Shown here: positions 29,620 to 40,069 of the stretch, in pieces
Layout: every line of letters starts with the position of its first letter
Position numbering within the stretch: position 1 is the stretch's first letter
From: Candidatus Latescibacterota bacterium
GTDB taxonomy: Bacteria; Latescibacterota; UBA2968; GCA-2709665
Direction: 5' to 3'
NCBI GenBank assembly: GCA_965208835.1
Contig: OZ242358.1
Coordinates: forward strand, 4,320,001 to 4,384,000
Length of the DNA stretch: 64,000 nt
Program-made: the position numbers and the translations under genes
The notes under the pieces: model-generated
Told to the model about the DNA's origin: nothing
Seen by the model: only the letters and a program-made list of their open reading frames with translations
Database searches by the model: none

Positions 29620-30702
29620 TCAACGCACGGGTGGCGGCAACACGGATTCGATCTCTTCAACCCAGACATTGTGTCGGGAAATGAAGAGTCGGCGCTTCAG
29701 ACCGTGTTCTGTAGAGAGGGAAACAGGCTTGTCCTGCAGGAATATGGAGACTGCGGAGGGATCTTCGATTTCCACGCGGAAACCGTTGAGGGCCGTCCAC
29801 TTCCGCTGTGTGCCGGAAAGCAAGCGGTTATCGAAGGTGGATTCGCCGTCGCTAAATACCAGAACGCGGGTGTCCATCAACGCATCAATGCGGAGTACGA
29901 TCTTGTCTTCCCGTATGTCCGAGTACTGCTGCGGAAGCGAATAGGACGACACCACCCGCTCGCTCGGCGACCGATTTACGGCGTTGTTCGGATCACGGGA
30001 CTCAGTACGCGGGAAGTCGGCAGCCGCTTCCTCGATGGGGCTTTCGGGTGCGGCAGGAGGGACCTCGGGAACCGGCGTTGTGGAAGGCTCCGGACCGGAG
30101 TCCGCCGAACGTACCGCGTCTTCCGACTCGGGCGCCTCAGTCGATACGGGCGCTACAGGCGACGAGTCGCGTTGGAGGTACGCAGTATGCGGAGAGTCGG
30201 CAACCGATGCGTGTGAGGGGCTTTCGGGTGCGGCGGGAGGAATCTCGGGGTCCGGCGTTGTGGAATGCTCCGGACCGGAGTCCGCCGCTAGAACCGCGTT
30301 TTCCGACTCGGGTGCCTCAGTCGATACGGGCGCTACAGACGTCGAGTCGCGCCGCAGGAATACCCCGGCAATAACGGCAATTAGCGCCAGGCCGCACAAA
30401 ATCCCCAGAACGCGGCCCATCGGCAGCGATCGTTCGCGCACCCTGCTTGCAACGACCTGAGTGGTCTCCTCAAAGGGCCTGTTTTTTTCGTACTTGGCCA
30501 GCGTCTCCTCGACATCCAGGCCGACTTCCTGTGCGTATTTCTTGACAAACAGCCGAACGTAGACTTCCGGAAGGATGTCGAGGTTGCCGGATTCGATCGC
30601 ACGGAGATACTCGGGGTTGATACGCGTCCGTTCGAACAATTCCTCGAAAGAAATCCCGCTGGACTCACGATGTGCCCGTAACTCTGATGCGAATTCCCGC
30701 AT
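29620..30702 (-). CDS. RodZ-like protein (HTH, TM helix, C-terminal DUF4115-like domain)
   Basis: N-terminal HTH (LRAHRESSGIS...YLRAIESG..YVRLFVKKYA), single TM, low-complexity linker. True start ATG 30702; the longer ORF overlaps maf. Confidence 0.8.
   Translation of the reverse strand: MREFASELRAHRESSGISFEELFERTRINPEYLRAIESGNLDILPEVYVRLFVKKYAQEVGLDVEETLAKYEKNRPFEETTQVVASRVRERSLPMGRVLGILCGLALIAVIAGVFLRRDSTSVAPVSTEAPESENAVLAADSGPEHSTTPDPEIPPAAPESPSHASVADSPHTAYLQRDSSPVAPVSTEAPESEDAVRSADSGPEPSTTPVPEVPPAAPESPIEEAAADFPRTESRDPNNAVNRSPSERVVSSYSLPQQYSDIREDKIVLRIDALMDTRVLVFSDGESTFDNRLLSGTQRKWTALNGFRVEIEDPSAVSIFLQDKPVSLSTEHGLKRRLFISRHNVWVEEIESVLPPPVR
30001..30355. repeat. intragenic tandem duplication, 2 x 180 bp
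   Basis: 30001-30180 and 30181-30355 align in register (VAPVSTEAPESE..ADSGPE.STTP.PE.PPAAPESP occurs twice). Confidence 0.9.
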
Positions 30703-30716
30703 TAAAGGCTCCGGAA

Positions 30717-31322
30717 TCAGTCCTTGCAATGCCCGGCGGCATAGATCAACGACGACTCCCCCACCAGGCGTTCGAGGAGTGAGCAGAAGAGTGAAATCGG
30801 CAACCCCACGACGTTGTAGAAACATCCGGAAATGGACTGGACGAACGCGGCCGCCCTGCCCTGAAGCGCATAAGCGCCCGCCTTGTCCATAGGCTCGCCC
30901 GACTGCACATAAAGCTTGATTTCTTCCGGCGTGAGCGTTCTCATAACGACGTCCGTCACGGCCACGTCCCGAAGCGTGCGTCCGCACTCGGAGTCGATCA
31001 ATGTCAGGCCGGTATACACGCGGTGCGTTTTTCCCGAGAGTCTGCTCAGCATTCGAACTGCCTCGTCTTCACCTGCCGGCTTCTCCAGAATGTCGCCGTC
31101 CAGCACGACCACGGTATCCGCGCCAATTACGATTTCGCCGTTGAACCTCGCGGCAACCGCCCGCGCCTTTCGGCCGGAAATCTCGCGCACGTAGTCTGCG
31201 GGTGGAATCGAACTGTCCAGCGCTTCCGAAACATGGCTCGGCACAACGTCGAAGGTTAGGCCGAGCAGGCGCAACAGGTCGGACCGCCTCGGTGACGCCG
31301 AGGCCAGGATGAGTTTTTTCAT
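30717..31322 (-). CDS. maf: Maf family nucleotide pyrophosphatase
   Basis: LILASASPRR, IGADTVV, EKP, DKAGAY, NVVGLP. Confidence 0.95.
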   Translation of the reverse strand: MKKLILASASPRRSDLLRLLGLTFDVVPSHVSEALDSSIPPADYVREISGRKARAVAARFNGEIVIGADTVVVLDGDILEKPAGEDEAVRMLSRLSGKTHRVYTGLTLIDSECGRTLRDVAVTDVVMRTLTPEEIKLYVQSGEPMDKAGAYALQGRAAAFVQSISGCFYNVVGLPISLFCSLLERLVGESSLIYAAGHCKD

Positions 31323-31369
31323 GGTGGGAAAGGTGCTGCCCGATACGGCGGCGCGGGGACGGCGGCGTG

Positions 31370-31807
31370 CTAGGATTCTACCATCAGGGTAACGGGGCCG
31401 TCGTTGTGAATTTCTACCTGCATATTGGCGCCGAACTGCCCCGTCCGCACGGACACACCCTGGCTTCGCAGCACATCCACGAACTCGTTATAGTACGCCT
31501 CGGCCATCTCTGGCGGTGCGGCACCCGAATAGCCTGGACGACGGCCCTTTCGGGTATCGCCATAGAGCGTGAATTGAGAGACGACCAGAACTTGCCCCCC
31601 GATTTCAGCGAGGGAACGGTTCATCTTGCCCTGCTCGTCTTCAAATATTCGCAGGTGGATGCATTTGCCGGCCACGTACCGAATCTTATCAGGGTTGTCC
31701 CGCCGGCCGACGCCCAGAAGAATCAGCATCCCCCGGCCGATTTCGGCGGTGAGTTCCCCGTTGATGAACACCGCGGAACGGCTGACCCGTTGTACAAGCG
31801 CGCGCAC
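31370..31807 (-). CDS. dtd: D-aminoacyl-tRNA deacylase
   Basis: MRALVQRV, LRIFEDEQGKMN, VSQFTL, FGANMQV, NDGPVT. Confidence 0.97.
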   Translation of the reverse strand: MRALVQRVSRSAVFINGELTAEIGRGMLILLGVGRRDNPDKIRYVAGKCIHLRIFEDEQGKMNRSLAEIGGQVLVVSQFTLYGDTRKGRRPGYSGAAPPEMAEAYYNEFVDVLRSQGVSVRTGQFGANMQVEIHNDGPVTLMVES

Positions 31808-32001
31808 CCTGGTTCCTGGAATTCAATGAACGCCACCAAAAGGCGGGTTGCGGTGGAGAAATCCGGTATGAGGCGCAATACAACATACCGATCTGTAATT
31901 TAGCCGATTCGCGAGGGCGAGGCAAGCGAAACAACGGGCTGCGGAACCGGGGGCCGGACGCCGGCATTGAGAGTCCGGAAACCGTCACTTCGCGTCAGTT
32001 T

Positions 32002-34434
32002 CTACAACCCGTAACCTCCCCGGCGGTGTTCGACTTTTATCTGCGGAAATTCCTTGATGTAGAGCTTGAAATGAAAGCCCTTGTTGAATCCGGTGGGATA
32101 CCAGCTGAACGTGGCCCGCCAGCAGTGAAGTTCCCTGTAAACGTAAAGCGTCTGGGAAACAAGCTCGGTGTCTATCAGATCGAAGTTGACGGAATAATTA
32201 AAGCGCCAGGCGCGCGTTGGATTCAATGCCAGGTCCGCCTTCACCCACGAGCGCTTCGATGATCCGAAACCCGCGGCGAAAGACTCCCGATAGCTGAAAT
32301 AATGTCCCACGTTGAAATGCCACGGCTGCGTTGTGTCTCCGAAGTCACGGTAAATGTCGTCTTCAAAGTTAAACCCTGTTCCCGACATGGGAAGCATGGA
32401 TCTGTCGTATCGCGTTGGATCCGACTCCCGATCGGTTCGCCCGCTGAAGCGAAGGCTGGTGTTGACGCTGAGGCTGCGGAGTCGCGGGTGATACAGGTAT
32501 AGACGTCCCGATGCGTCGTAGAACGTGTGCGACATATTGAGACGAACGTCGATCCGCCGGACCGGCTTTATCGAGGCGGAGGTCCGCAGGTCGCGCCATC
32601 GTCGCTGCGGGTTGGCGTCGAAGTCGTATCCACTGGAGAAACTGGCCGTTGCGAAAGTGGATCGCCGTACTTTGCCGTCCACCTCGGTCTTGATTTCAAC
32701 GGAATTGTTGAGCCGCATGTTGAGGGTGCGCCTGGGGTCATTCCAGTCACGACGCCCGTGGAAGCCCAGGGTCGCGCCATCGACCCGTGCGGTATGGTAG
32801 TACCTGAAGTTGATCTGGGGCTGAAACCGGTGGCGGATACCTCTCAGCCGTCCGATTTGAGGCTTGAAGATACCATAGAGCGAGGTGCCGGCGGCGAGGC
32901 TGGCGTTGTAGGACTCCCTGCGCGTCCGTGTATCCGCGCTGGGGCGCGAGGAGGTCTGACTGACGCTGAGTCGGTGGGTGAGATCCAGCCAGCCGAAGGG
33001 TTTGTGCTGGCTGTTGACCCCCAGCCGGGAGTTCAGCGACAGATTGTGCGTGTTGTCGGCCCGGTCCTCGTTGCGCGTGAAGGCGTTCGTCAGGCCGCCG
33101 GAAACGTCGTAATAGAAGGCGTGGTACCAGAGGGCGTCCCGGGTTGATACGGGCTGACCGAAAATGCGCCGCCTGCCTTGTCGGAAAGAGAGACGTGGGA
33201 AACCCTGAAACCGGTTCTGGTTTTGATCCAGATCCCGGTAGTAATTGAGGTTGATATCCATGCTTCGCCTGGCTTCCGTCCAGCGCTTGTCCATGGAGAA
33301 AGACGATCGGAGCTGCCGGTTCAGGTACATGTAGAGGTTGCTGGAATTGTGAAGGTCGAAGTTGGAGCTGTTCGTGAAGTCCCCCCGCGCCCTCATGTTG
33401 AGGGTCGGGTTCAGCCGGTGCTGATGGTGGAAGTTCAAACGCCAGTCTCGGCGGGAATCACCCGAGGGCTGCCGCCCGCGTTCAAAGGACAGGTTCATAT
33501 ATCCGCTGAGTCGTCTTCGCACCGCGTAGTCGATACCCGCGTCAACGAGAAAACCGTTGCGTTCCCGAAGAGCCGTCTTCAACGTGGCGTCCCAGTAGTC
33601 GTTGGGTGCCCAATAATACCCGATATTGCTGACGTTGACGCCATCACGGCTGTTGCTGCCGATCCGGGGTGTCAGTATGCCGGAGCGCCTGCCCTGCGTC
33701 AGCGGAAACACGTAGAACGGAAGCCACAACACCGGGACTGGACCCAGGCGAAACGTAACGGAGCGGGCGATGGCCTTGTCATCCTGAATCACCTTCAGGT
33801 CGCGGCACAGAAAGTCGTAATGGGTATGGTCCCTGTCGCACGAGGACATGGATATCGTACGGGCGTGAAGTTCCCGCTGCCGATCCAGGAGGATCTGGTC
33901 GCCCCTGTAATAACGCCTCCCGTGACGCGCACGGCCGCCCTTCACGCGGCCGCGACCGGTTTCCAGGTTGTAGACCATCGACGAGCCGGTGAATCGCTCG
34001 CTGCCCCGGACAAACTCGGGCATTCCAACGGTCTTGCTCCCGGTGGAATCCGGCAGCGCCTCGGCCTCCAGGCGCTTTGCCTCCCGATGGAGGACAACAC
34101 GTCCAGCGCGCAGTTCCACGACCTTGTATTTCAGGATGACGTTTCCCGTGAAGACGACGCGGCCCGCCGCGATGTCGTCCTCGACCCGGTCGGCCGAATA
34201 TTCATAGATCAGGGAGTCCGGCGCCGACGTCTCACGGCGTACGGTATGCGGACCGGGCTCCATTTGCGCAAAGGCCGCATTGACCGGAAGCAGCAACAGG
34301 AAAACAGGCGGGCCGCAGATGCGGCGGAAAGCCTTCCAGATCGCAGTCGCCTGCTTTGGCTTTGGCGAGTTCATATTCTGGCGCCGCCGTCTGTTTCCAG
34401 GCATGGACGCAAGATATGGCACAGAAAACAGCAA
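32002..34434 (-). CDS. lptD: putative LPS assembly protein LptD (long FCB type)
   Basis: OstA-like N-domain (MVYNLETGRG), SSCD, PVLWLPF, RRSGILTP, YYWAPNDYWD, beta-barrel ending RELHCW; start uncertain. Confidence 0.8.
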   Translation of the reverse strand: MLFSVPYLASMPGNRRRRQNMNSPKPKQATAIWKAFRRICGPPVFLLLLPVNAAFAQMEPGPHTVRRETSAPDSLIYEYSADRVEDDIAAGRVVFTGNVILKYKVVELRAGRVVLHREAKRLEAEALPDSTGSKTVGMPEFVRGSERFTGSSMVYNLETGRGRVKGGRARHGRRYYRGDQILLDRQRELHARTISMSSCDRDHTHYDFLCRDLKVIQDDKAIARSVTFRLGPVPVLWLPFYVFPLTQGRRSGILTPRIGSNSRDGVNVSNIGYYWAPNDYWDATLKTALRERNGFLVDAGIDYAVRRRLSGYMNLSFERGRQPSGDSRRDWRLNFHHQHRLNPTLNMRARGDFTNSSNFDLHNSSNLYMYLNRQLRSSFSMDKRWTEARRSMDINLNYYRDLDQNQNRFQGFPRLSFRQGRRRIFGQPVSTRDALWYHAFYYDVSGGLTNAFTRNEDRADNTHNLSLNSRLGVNSQHKPFGWLDLTHRLSVSQTSSRPSADTRTRRESYNASLAAGTSLYGIFKPQIGRLRGIRHRFQPQINFRYYHTARVDGATLGFHGRRDWNDPRRTLNMRLNNSVEIKTEVDGKVRRSTFATASFSSGYDFDANPQRRWRDLRTSASIKPVRRIDVRLNMSHTFYDASGRLYLYHPRLRSLSVNTSLRFSGRTDRESDPTRYDRSMLPMSGTGFNFEDDIYRDFGDTTQPWHFNVGHYFSYRESFAAGFGSSKRSWVKADLALNPTRAWRFNYSVNFDLIDTELVSQTLYVYRELHCWRATFSWYPTGFNKGFHFKLYIKEFPQIKVEHRRGGYGL

Positions 34435-34669
34435 CCCCGAATCGACCGCAGGAACGACGGACGTTCGGTTTCCCGCCGCGAAGGACTGGCCCCGTAAATT
34501 CGATTCAAGCCGCGCCTCACCGGCACGCTCCCCCGTTTTGCAAAAGACATTTGAAGTTGACTTTTCGGCATATTTCGCGTTATTTTAGGCGTTGTGCCTG
34601 CAGCGCTGCGGGAGTCGCATCCGATCTGCAGGTAAAAGGCGCGTGAACTTTCAACTCATTTCGATTATT

Positions 34670-34755
34670 GCGGAAGTGGTGGAATTGGCAGACACGTCAG
34701 ATTTAGGATCTGGTGGGCATTGCCCGTGGGGGTTCGAGTCCCCCCTTCCGCACCA
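34670..34755 (+). tRNA. tRNA-Leu (anticodon TAG)
   Basis: GCGGAAG/CTTCCGC acceptor stem, D-loop GGAATTGGCAGAC, anticodon loop TTTAGGA, long variable arm, GGTTCGAGTCC, encoded CCA. Confidence 0.96.
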
Positions 34756-35071
34756 ACGTTGAAGCCGGACGGCGGGCTACGAAAATTCGGGCCGCGCGCT
34801 GCTGTGTTTCTGGCGCACGGCTTTTGTCTTGTACAGAAAACAGACAGCGCTGCCAGCCTCGTGTCCTGTCCCGAAAATACTTCACCATTCTGGGGGCCCC
34901 TCATCCCGTCTCGCGTTGTTATTTACATTGAGCCTGTTGAACGATGCGAGCCGAGCGACTCGACGGTCGAATGCTGGCAACCCGTTTCCGGGACAGACCG
35001 CAAATGAATATTCCGTTTTTCGGATAGTGAGTCAAGCCGAATTCTGAAAACTTCAACCCCATGGAGGGACG

Positions 35072-36352
35072 ATGGAACAGCTTGCGTTCCTGACCGAGGA
35101 GATTGTCCGGGAGATCCGGCGCCGGTTCGGCACGCCTGTTTTCGTTTATGACCAGGAGACGTTGGAGGCCCGCGCCAGAGAGGTCCTGGACTTTCCGAAC
35201 GCGTACGGATTGACCGCCAGATACGCGATGAAGGCCTTACCAACGGCGGCGGTCTTGAGAATCCTGAACCGGGCCGGGCTGCACATTGATGCCAGCAGCG
35301 GATACGAAGTGGAGCGCGCCATAGTGGCCGGCGTATCTCCGGATCAAATTCAGCTCACGGCTCAGCGTACGCCACGAAATCTGGAAAGCCTGGTAAAACA
35401 GGGTGTGAAATTCAATGCCTGTTCGTTGCAGCAGCTGAGGCACTACGGAGAACTGTTTCCGGGCCGCACGGTAACCGTACGAATCAACCCCGGTCTTGGT
35501 TCGGGGCACAGCAAGCGGACCAATGTGGGTGGCCCATCCGCCAGTTTCGGGATCTGGCATGAATATCTCGACGAGGTGCTGGCCATTGCCAGCACGTGCA
35601 ACCTGAAGATTTCGAGTATGCATACCCACATCGGTTCGGGTAGCGATCCCGAGGTCTGGGAACACTGCGCGATGATTTCCCTTCGAATCGCTGCCCAACT
35701 GCCGGAAGTGGAGGTGCTAAGCCTTGGAGGCGGATTCAAGGTAGGGCGGATGCCCGGGGAGGCGTCTACCGACCTGAAGCGGATCGGAATGCACGTTATA
35801 GAAGCGTTCCGGGCTTTTCGGAACGAGCAGGGGCGGGGACTTCGGCTGGAGGTCGAACCGGGCACCTTTCTGGTGGCCAATGCGGGAGCTCTGATCTGTT
35901 CGGTTATCGATTGTGCCGATACCGGCAAGAACGGGTACGACTTCCTTAAAGTAGACGCGGGAATGACCGAGCTGTTGCGCATCAGCCTTTACGGTGCGCA
36001 GCACCCCATCGTGACCGTGCCCGCACAGCCGGAGACGCGCCATCTGAAGGAATATCTGATTGCCGGCCACTGCTGTGAGAGCGGGGACGTGCTGACACCG
36101 GCGCCAGGAGATCCGGATGGACTGCAGCCCCGGTTTCTTGGCGAGGCGAGGGAGGGCGACCTGCTGGCGGTGGGCGGGTCAGGCGCGTACTGTTCCGGCA
36201 TGGCGTCCAAGAACTATAATTCATTCCCGGAGGCCGCCGAGGTGCTGAAGGCACCGGACGGCACGCTGCATCTGATCAGAAAACGGCAGACACTGGACCA
36301 GATTACGGTAAACGAAGTGATGCCGGGATTCCTGGAAGCCGAGCCAGGCTAG
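35072..36352 (+). CDS. lysA: diaminopimelate decarboxylase
   Basis: FGTPVFVYD, YAMKA (PLP Lys), HTHIGSG, LGGG, EPG, HCCESGD, GAYC..M..NYN. Confidence 0.9.
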   Translation: MEQLAFLTEEIVREIRRRFGTPVFVYDQETLEARAREVLDFPNAYGLTARYAMKALPTAAVLRILNRAGLHIDASSGYEVERAIVAGVSPDQIQLTAQRTPRNLESLVKQGVKFNACSLQQLRHYGELFPGRTVTVRINPGLGSGHSKRTNVGGPSASFGIWHEYLDEVLAIASTCNLKISSMHTHIGSGSDPEVWEHCAMISLRIAAQLPEVEVLSLGGGFKVGRMPGEASTDLKRIGMHVIEAFRAFRNEQGRGLRLEVEPGTFLVANAGALICSVIDCADTGKNGYDFLKVDAGMTELLRISLYGAQHPIVTVPAQPETRHLKEYLIAGHCCESGDVLTPAPGDPDGLQPRFLGEAREGDLLAVGGSGAYCSGMASKNYNSFPEAAEVLKAPDGTLHLIRKRQTLDQITVNEVMPGFLEAEPG

Positions 36353-36536
36353 CCGAAAATTACGTATCTGGGCTGCTTGATGTTGTCGTACAGTCAGATT
36401 CATACCCCGGATATTTCTCATCGATCAGCCGGCGAGACATCCTGTATCGCCGGCTGTATTTATGCCCGCCAATTCCCGGACGCCAACGCAGGCGCTCCAG
36501 CGCCGGACGGTTGGCGCCCGGCGTCTGCGAAACGCA

Positions 36537-38396
36537 TTATTCGGCAACCCGGTAGCTGTAAAGGTGGGACCCGCTGCCAAAGTAGATTCGGCCGTCCAGG
36601 ATGTCACCTCCCGGTCCGACGGGTACGGGCGATTCAGCCAGCATCCGTATTTCGTGTGTATCGGGTTCCACGATGGCGACACCCCTCGTGAAGAGGATGA
36701 AAATAGCGCCGTCAGGCGCGGTAACAAAAACCCTTGGGCCCTGCTGCGACGTCGTGGGCCCGAACTCGGACTCGAGTTCGCGCTGGTGAATCACCTTTCT
36801 GTCTACGGGATCGAAGACGAAAAAGCGCCTGCGGTCCGCGATGCCGTAGACCGTGCCGCTCGGCCCCGAGTACATATCCGTATACCCCTGAACCCCTCGG
36901 AAGACCGCCTCGTGCCAATCGAGCTGCCGTGTTTCCATGTCCATAATATAGAGTTCAGCTTCGTCGGCTTTCTGTTCACCACCCGTACCGGCGCTGGTCG
37001 TGGTGCCCCCCAAGAGCTTGTCTCCGGCGAGGGGAACCAGGCTCATGGTGGATTGGTCGGGCAGGATATCTGTATGTTCGAGCAGCGCGTGCTCACGGGT
37101 CTGTCTGTCCCAGAACAGCAGGCCGCCGCCGGTTAGCCCGTAACCAGGAGTACCGGCCAGCACCAGGGTTCTTCCGTTCGGATGCGCAAGCAGCATGTGA
37201 GGGCGGTTGATGACCTCGTGGCACTCGTATAGCAATTCCGGGTTGCAGCCAGCCTTGTCCCGCTCGGTGTGTACCCATGGCTCGGCCGGATCCCATTCCT
37301 CCAGCAGACCGTGCGTATATGCGCCGATAAAGAACATGTCGCCTTCTCTGGCGACGGTATTCCACTGCCCCAGCGCCGGACGGTTGATCCAACTGTCGGT
37401 CTCCGGATTGAAGCTGAAAAAGTGCATGGGGAACGCGGTGCCTCCGCAGATGGTGTTGTCCGGAGCCGTGGCCACGCCCATGATGTGGGCGCCTTCGCTG
37501 GTGTAGTCGAACGAGACTTCGCGGGTCTCGCCGGTACCGGGGTCTTCAACGGCAAGGGTACGCTCGACCAGGCTGCAAGCGACCATTCGTTTACCGTCGG
37601 GAAAATCGGCGTGGAACAGACCCTGGCTGCCGGCAATGATCGGTTTTTCACGTCTGTTGTCAATCCTGCCGATATCCGTACGTGTACCGCGGTAAAGTTC
37701 CATCCATCCATCCTCGGAACCACCGCTGGTATGCCCGTAAACCCTCCCGTTCAGGTCACGGTACACGGCTGCGTGGGCCTGGGTTCGTTCGCGTTCTGCA
37801 AGAAGCGGTTCCGCCCTTCCCGTTTCCGGATCAAGTGAAATTATCTGACTGGCCGTGCTGCCGATGCCGAAGAAAACCCACCCGGTTTCGTCAGCGGCGA
37901 TCGCCCGTGGGTATTGACGCCAGTTCTGGTCGTAGAGGTTTCCGTAGTCGCGGAATTCGCCGGTACGGGGGTTATATGATGCCACCGCGCTGTTCGGATA
38001 CGTTCCCGACCAGATGCGGCCGTCGTCGTCCTCGGTCATGCTCATGGCCATCTGCGGCACGGTCTTGTGGAAGAAGGTGAACGCGCGCTTCTCGGGGTCG
38101 AATTCGACAAAGTGGCTGTTGAAGTGCGTGTAATACCTGTTGCGGCTGGACAGGATGGCGGCGAACGGACCGTCGCCGCCCGGCGGATAAGGCATTGGGA
38201 ATTCGTCGGCCTCACCGGTTTCCGCGTCGATCATCAGTAACGCATATCCGCCCCGGTTGTCGTAAAGCCAGATCAGGACAACGTTGCGACCCTCGGCGTC
38301 CACGGTAACGGCCGTGCCGCGATGGTTGCTGACGGGCGTGGCGACACCGTGATGGTAAAAACCGTTTCCCATTGCTTCGGTACTGGAACCAGACAT
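36537..38396 (-). CDS. hypothetical beta-propeller protein
   Basis: Repeated D.G.I..GT and F.FDP blade-like motifs; GGAGG RBS. Confidence 0.65.
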   Translation of the reverse strand: MSGSSTEAMGNGFYHHGVATPVSNHRGTAVTVDAEGRNVVLIWLYDNRGGYALLMIDAETGEADEFPMPYPPGGDGPFAAILSSRNRYYTHFNSHFVEFDPEKRAFTFFHKTVPQMAMSMTEDDDGRIWSGTYPNSAVASYNPRTGEFRDYGNLYDQNWRQYPRAIAADETGWVFFGIGSTASQIISLDPETGRAEPLLAERERTQAHAAVYRDLNGRVYGHTSGGSEDGWMELYRGTRTDIGRIDNRREKPIIAGSQGLFHADFPDGKRMVACSLVERTLAVEDPGTGETREVSFDYTSEGAHIMGVATAPDNTICGGTAFPMHFFSFNPETDSWINRPALGQWNTVAREGDMFFIGAYTHGLLEEWDPAEPWVHTERDKAGCNPELLYECHEVINRPHMLLAHPNGRTLVLAGTPGYGLTGGGLLFWDRQTREHALLEHTDILPDQSTMSLVPLAGDKLLGGTTTSAGTGGEQKADEAELYIMDMETRQLDWHEAVFRGVQGYTDMYSGPSGTVYGIADRRRFFVFDPVDRKVIHQRELESEFGPTTSQQGPRVFVTAPDGAIFILFTRGVAIVEPDTHEIRMLAESPVPVGPGGDILDGRIYFGSGSHLYSYRVAE

Positions 38397-38614
38397 GGGA
38401 TTGCCTCCGTTGAATTCCGTGAAGGATTCGGGAGCGGTTGGACCGGGCAGGCAGGATTGTTCGATGCGACCGAATATAACAACCCGATTGGGGGAGAAAA
38501 ACCGGTTTTTGACGTCCTTTCGCGACGTCCTGGTCGGAGGGCCGGGTGCGAGCTTCCTATTTGAGATCTGGAAATCCGCGGGTCGGAACGGGAGACGCCG
38601 GAGATGACGGACCC

Positions 38615-40069
38615 TTAGGTACTGTGGGTCGGCAGGTATTCCGCAGGGACTATGGTCCCGGGGGAAGCGGTGACGCGGGCAATGGGCCGGATCTGTGCAA
38701 GCGCGAGCGTAAGCGCAGCTTCCGGATCGACCGCGGCAAGGAGCCCGCAGGCGAATAGAACGTGTTCTCGATCCAGCATCAATCGCGGCTTTCCGGGATT
38801 CAGCGAGAATGGATCAGCGGAATCCGCGAGGGCCATCTCGAGGATTTCTTCCGGCTGTTCCGACACGGTCAGTGCGCCTCCCGTTCCCACGACGGCGTTG
38901 ACGTCGGACAGGTCTTTGCCGCGCTGTACGACGACCGGCCCGCTAACTGTTCGGACGGCTTCGACCGTACCCGTATGCCGGGCAACGGCGACGCGTACCG
39001 CGGCGCGGGCAAGGGCGTGGTCGACCTTTCTGCCTTCGTTATCGACCTGCAACCGCGAAGCGCGCCCGTCAACGTCGCGGACGATTGATTCAACCCGGAC
39101 GGCAGTCAGCCCGGCGTCGGAGGCGACCGCCTCCAGACCCGCGGCGTCCAATACCGATTTCGCATTGCGTCGCATTCCCAGGTCCCCCTCGACCGTGCAC
39201 TTGGCGCGGGGTTCGGGCAAGGGGTCGGCCGAAACGCTGCCCAGGGTAGATTCGCCTGTGCAAATGGAGTGGACATCGGTCGTCGCGCCGCCCACGTCAA
39301 CCGCCACCAGCGTTCCTACCCCCGGTCGTCGGCCGTCACCGTCCGCCAAAAGCCGCGCACCGTCCAGGACGGCGGCAGGCGTGGGCATCAGAACCAGATC
39401 GAACATCCCGCTGGCGCGATCGATCCCCTTTACCTGGACGATTCGATCGATGAAGATGCGCCGGATCTCATCCCGGGCCGGTTCGACGTTCAGCACGCAG
39501 TATGACGGCATTACGTTTTCGGTGACCACAACGGGTATTCCGGCGTCCGTGAGTACGTCGCCTATCGCGGCGGAAGCGGAACGGTTACCCGCGACCACGA
39601 CCGGACAGCGAATCGGAATATCTGACAGTGTCCGCGCGTTTGCAATGATTGCCTCGCTGTTGCCGTCGTCCGTACCGCCCGTAAGCAGGATGATATCCGG
39701 ATCGTGGCGCGCGATCCGATCGGCGTCTGCGCGGGTCAGTTCACACGCAAATGTGTCGACCAACTTGGCCCCCGCGCCCAGTGCCGTCCGGCGGGCCGCC
39801 TCGGCGGTCAATTCGCGAACCAGGCCGATGGCAACCAGGCGGAGGCCGCCGGCAGCGCTGCTGCAGGCCAATCTATAGCGGAAACGCGTCTGGTCGCCCA
39901 GACGACGGTGCAGAACGTCCAGTGCTTCGGCATATCCCAGCCCGACGTCGGTCTCAACCGAGGAAGGCGCCTGGCTGGCCGCGAGAAGCCGACCCCGGGT
40001 GAGGTCGACGGCCCTCAGCTTCGTAAAGGTACTTCCGAAATCGATAAGCAGTGCAACGGGCCCGCTCAT
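38615..40069 (-). CDS. glmL: glutamate/methylaspartate mutase accessory (reactivating) protein
   Basis: IDFGSTFTK, ACSSAAGGL, LTGGTDDG, MPTPAAV, DVGGATTDVHS, TVEGDLGMR; ATGA overlap with the S-subunit gene. Confidence 0.88.
   Translation of the reverse strand: MSGPVALLIDFGSTFTKLRAVDLTRGRLLAASQAPSSVETDVGLGYAEALDVLHRRLGDQTRFRYRLACSSAAGGLRLVAIGLVRELTAEAARRTALGAGAKLVDTFACELTRADADRIARHDPDIILLTGGTDDGNSEAIIANARTLSDIPIRCPVVVAGNRSASAAIGDVLTDAGIPVVVTENVMPSYCVLNVEPARDEIRRIFIDRIVQVKGIDRASGMFDLVLMPTPAAVLDGARLLADGDGRRPGVGTLVAVDVGGATTDVHSICTGESTLGSVSADPLPEPRAKCTVEGDLGMRRNAKSVLDAAGLEAVASDAGLTAVRVESIVRDVDGRASRLQVDNEGRKVDHALARAAVRVAVARHTGTVEAVRTVSGPVVVQRGKDLSDVNAVVGTGGALTVSEQPEEILEMALADSADPFSLNPGKPRLMLDREHVLFACGLLAAVDPEAALTLALAQIRPIARVTASPGTIVPAEYLPTHST

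Noticed and set aside
30703-30987. N-terminal extensions in the ORF track (rodZ-like; also glmL, the DegT-like gene and the CPBP at 44098)
   Set aside because: They overlap neighbouring genes or lack an RBS; downstream ATGs match family starts
34670-34755. tRNA-Leu as the integration site of an island
   Set aside because: It is flanked by housekeeping genes (lptD, lysA) and I saw no duplicated tRNA 3' end
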